From Comamonadaceae bacterium (lineage in GTDB: Bacteria > Pseudomonadota > Gammaproteobacteria > Burkholderiales > Burkholderiaceae_C), in contig CANGEG010000001.1 in NCBI GenBank assembly GCA_947452725.1, positions 1 to 40,442 on the forward strand: a stretch of DNA of 40,442 bases. The letters run 5' to 3'. Made by a program: the position numbers and the translations under genes. The notes beneath the pieces were generated by a model. The model ran no database searches, was not told the origin of the DNA, and saw only the letters and a program-made list of their open reading frames with translations. Positions 40,021 through 40,442 of this stretch are shown piece after piece. Within the stretch, counting starts at the first letter, position 1. Each line of letters begins with the position of its first letter.

Positions 40021-40066
40021 CACGTTCAAGAGCGCATAAAATGCGGGGTTGCTTCGAAGGAAAACC

Positions 40067-40442
40067 ATGGCCCGCACGCTGTATGACAAGATTTGGGACG
40101 AGCATGTCGTCCACACCGAAGAAGACGGCACCGCCGTGCTGTACATCGACCGTCACCTCGTTCATGAAGTGACCAGCCCGCAAGCTTTTGAAGGCCTGCG
40201 CCAAGCCGGCCGCACGGTCGGGCGCGTCAGCTCTATCGTGGCCACCGCCGACCACAACACCCCGACCACGGGCTGGGAGTTAGGCTACGACGGCATCACC
40301 GACCCGATCAGCAAAGAACAAATCACCACGTTGAACAGCAACATGGCTGAGTTCGGCTCTGCTGCATTCTTTCCTTTTATGTCCAAGCGCCAAGGCATCG
40401 TGCACGTGATTGGCCCTGAAAACGGCGCCACCCTGCCCGGCA
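40067..40442 (+). CDS. leuC: 3-isopropylmalate dehydratase large subunit (3' truncated by window edge)
   Basis: Hand translation: [15 protein letters not shown]...[21 protein letters not shown]...TADHN...[10 protein letters not shown]; GAAGGA RBS; absent from the ORF track because it has no stop in the window. Confidence 0.95.
   Translation, partial: MARTLYDKIWDEHVVHTEEDGTAVLYIDRHLVHEVTSPQAFEGLRQAGRTVGRVSSIVATADHNTPTTGWELGYDGITDPISKEQITTLNSNMAEFGSAAFFPFMSKRQGIVHVIGPENGATLPG

Noticed and set aside
39947-40066. Possible leucine attenuator before leuC (CTG CTG at 39953-39958, hairpin GCGAC/GTCGC at 39959-39976, then the terminator)
   Set aside because: The Leu codons follow the gltA stop in frame with no start codon or RBS; the main hairpin is adequately explained as the gltA terminator, and TAAAAT at 40037 may serve a leuC promoter. 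At most a degenerate remnant

Overview
A chromosomal, mostly housekeeping window from a betaproteobacterium. It is probably Comamonadaceae (Limnohabitans-like); this is inferred from gene order and protein style only. Left to right: tolC-like 3' end; waaA; phosphomannomutase; CMD-Bug-MFS-ogt; EamA-lipocalin-SIMPL; Bug plus a PhzS-like flavin monooxygenase; a tightly packed minus-strand slyX / RlmN-paralog / split AtuA unit; a secreted carboxypeptidase-G2-like enzyme; DUF3579 divergent from argD-argF-ykgJ; LysR-Bug-deacylase; an IorAB-like molybdoenzyme; an FAD monooxygenase divergent from trhP(yegQ); a Crp/Fnr-DUF2892 cassette; the TCA cluster (acnB, secreted hypothetical, citE-like, mdh | gntR, sdhCDAB, sdhE, gltA); and the 5' part of leuC. 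I saw no rRNA, tRNA, CRISPR array, transposase, integrase or phage gene. The most interesting signals are non-coding. (1) The DUF3579 promoter carries copies of two motifs also found in the TCA-cluster promoters. (2) The argD leader has a short ORF with three rare Arg codons followed by a terminator-like hairpin. (3) The acnB/DUF2892 bidirectional terminator has a perfectly complementary competing arm. The slyX-rlmN-like-atuA operon is also unusual. All product calls come from motif recognition by eye, without database searches.
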